A stretch of DNA of 64,000 bases from Eledone cirrhosa. Its lineage: Eukaryota. Positions 63,300 to 64,000 of this stretch are shown here, one piece after another. The stretch is from contig OZ024748.1 of the NCBI GenBank assembly GCA_964016885.1, forward strand, positions 38,936,001 to 39,000,000. Reading direction: 5' to 3'. A program made the position numbers and the translations under genes. A model generated the notes under the pieces. The model worked only from the letters and a program-made list of their open reading frames with translations. It did no database searches and was not told where the DNA came from. Each line of letters opens with the position of its first letter. The stretch's first letter is position 1.

Positions 63300-64000
63300 C
63301 AAATAACGAAACGAAATTAAATTTCGTTTCATTTGTAACTCACTTTTGTATGACTGACGCTTAAACAATTAAGTTAAAGATGTACATCCATATATGTATA
63401 CTGAAATACTAGTATGTATATGAATACACACACGTATACATATGTAGATGTACCAAGTTTTTTCACTGGTCACTTTACTGTGAGTGGCCAGCTATTCTGT
63501 ATGTAAACACACAGACAAACCGGTTTTTAGAGTCATACTGGTTTTTGAGGAAACACCTTTCCTCTATTCTCCAGAAAGCCAGACAAGGAATATTGAACTA
63601 GTTTCGTTGTTGTTACAACTCATCAGCAATATTTACCTATCTTCCGGCCTCTCTAGAGAATCGTAAAAGCACATATCGTTATATGCTTTTTCTATGAAAA
63701 TTAGTAGTGGGCAGACTAATTTGCATAGAGTGTGAGTAAGTACCGGTTCAACGGAGACGATAAAAACAAATAACGAAACGAAATTAAATTTCGTTTCATT
63801 TGTAACTCACTTTTGTATGACTGACGCTTAAACAATTAAGTTAAAGATGTACATCCATATATGTATACTGAAATACTAGTATGTATATGAATACACACAT
63901 GTATACATATGTAGATGTACCAAGTTTTTTCACTGGTCACTTTACTGTGAGTGGCCAGCTATTCTGTATGTAAACACACAGACAAACCGGTTTTTAGAGT
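63294..64000 (-). mobile_element. tandem ~467-bp unit with hammerhead (tandem pLTR or retrozyme-like), running off the window
   Basis: 63294-63533 is repeated near-identically at 63761-64000; starts at (TA)n. Confidence 0.8.
63589..63633 (-). ncRNA. minimal type-I hammerhead ribozyme
   Basis: aatattg-CTGATGA-gttgt aaca acaac-GAAAC-TA-GTT-caatatt; 7-bp helix I, 5-bp helix II, palindromic AACTAGTT helix III. Confidence 0.88.

Noticed and set aside
61472-63306. Mucin-like poly-Thr or His/Asn-rich ORFs
   Set aside because: Translation of (GTT/GTG)n with frame drift; start codons lie in microsatellite

Overview
Eukaryotic, repeat-saturated animal DNA. The SINE types and the dense (TA)n/(CA)n background suggest a cephalopod (Octopus-like) genome, which is an inference. 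I can support no intact host protein-coding gene; nearly all long ORFs in the track are translations of micro- or minisatellites. Bases 1-31 kb are a mosaic of (TA)n tracts holding Penelope-like retroelements (PLEs). These comprise three coding remnants (RT C-terminus, CxC linker, GIY-YIG endonuclease), one of them a 3.3-kb head-to-head palindrome, plus many short 3'-end/pLTR pieces, often as fold-back hairpins. By eye these pieces carry at least 15 type-I hammerhead ribozyme (HHR) motifs from about 10 families. They include two families with a U3-A8 compensatory core, several with very large helix-II insertions, and tandem ~470-480-bp HHR units that resemble retrozymes. The same region has a broken L1/Tx1-type LINE, two tRNA-derived SINEs, several minisatellites and four diverged copies of an unexplained ~0.4-0.9-kb module. 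Bases 31.3-61.5 kb are one ~30-kb strand-asymmetric GT-rich satellite whose unit switches from 30 to 24 bp and which shows kb-scale higher-order duplications. Trinucleotide arrays and a tandem HHR repeat follow at the right edge.
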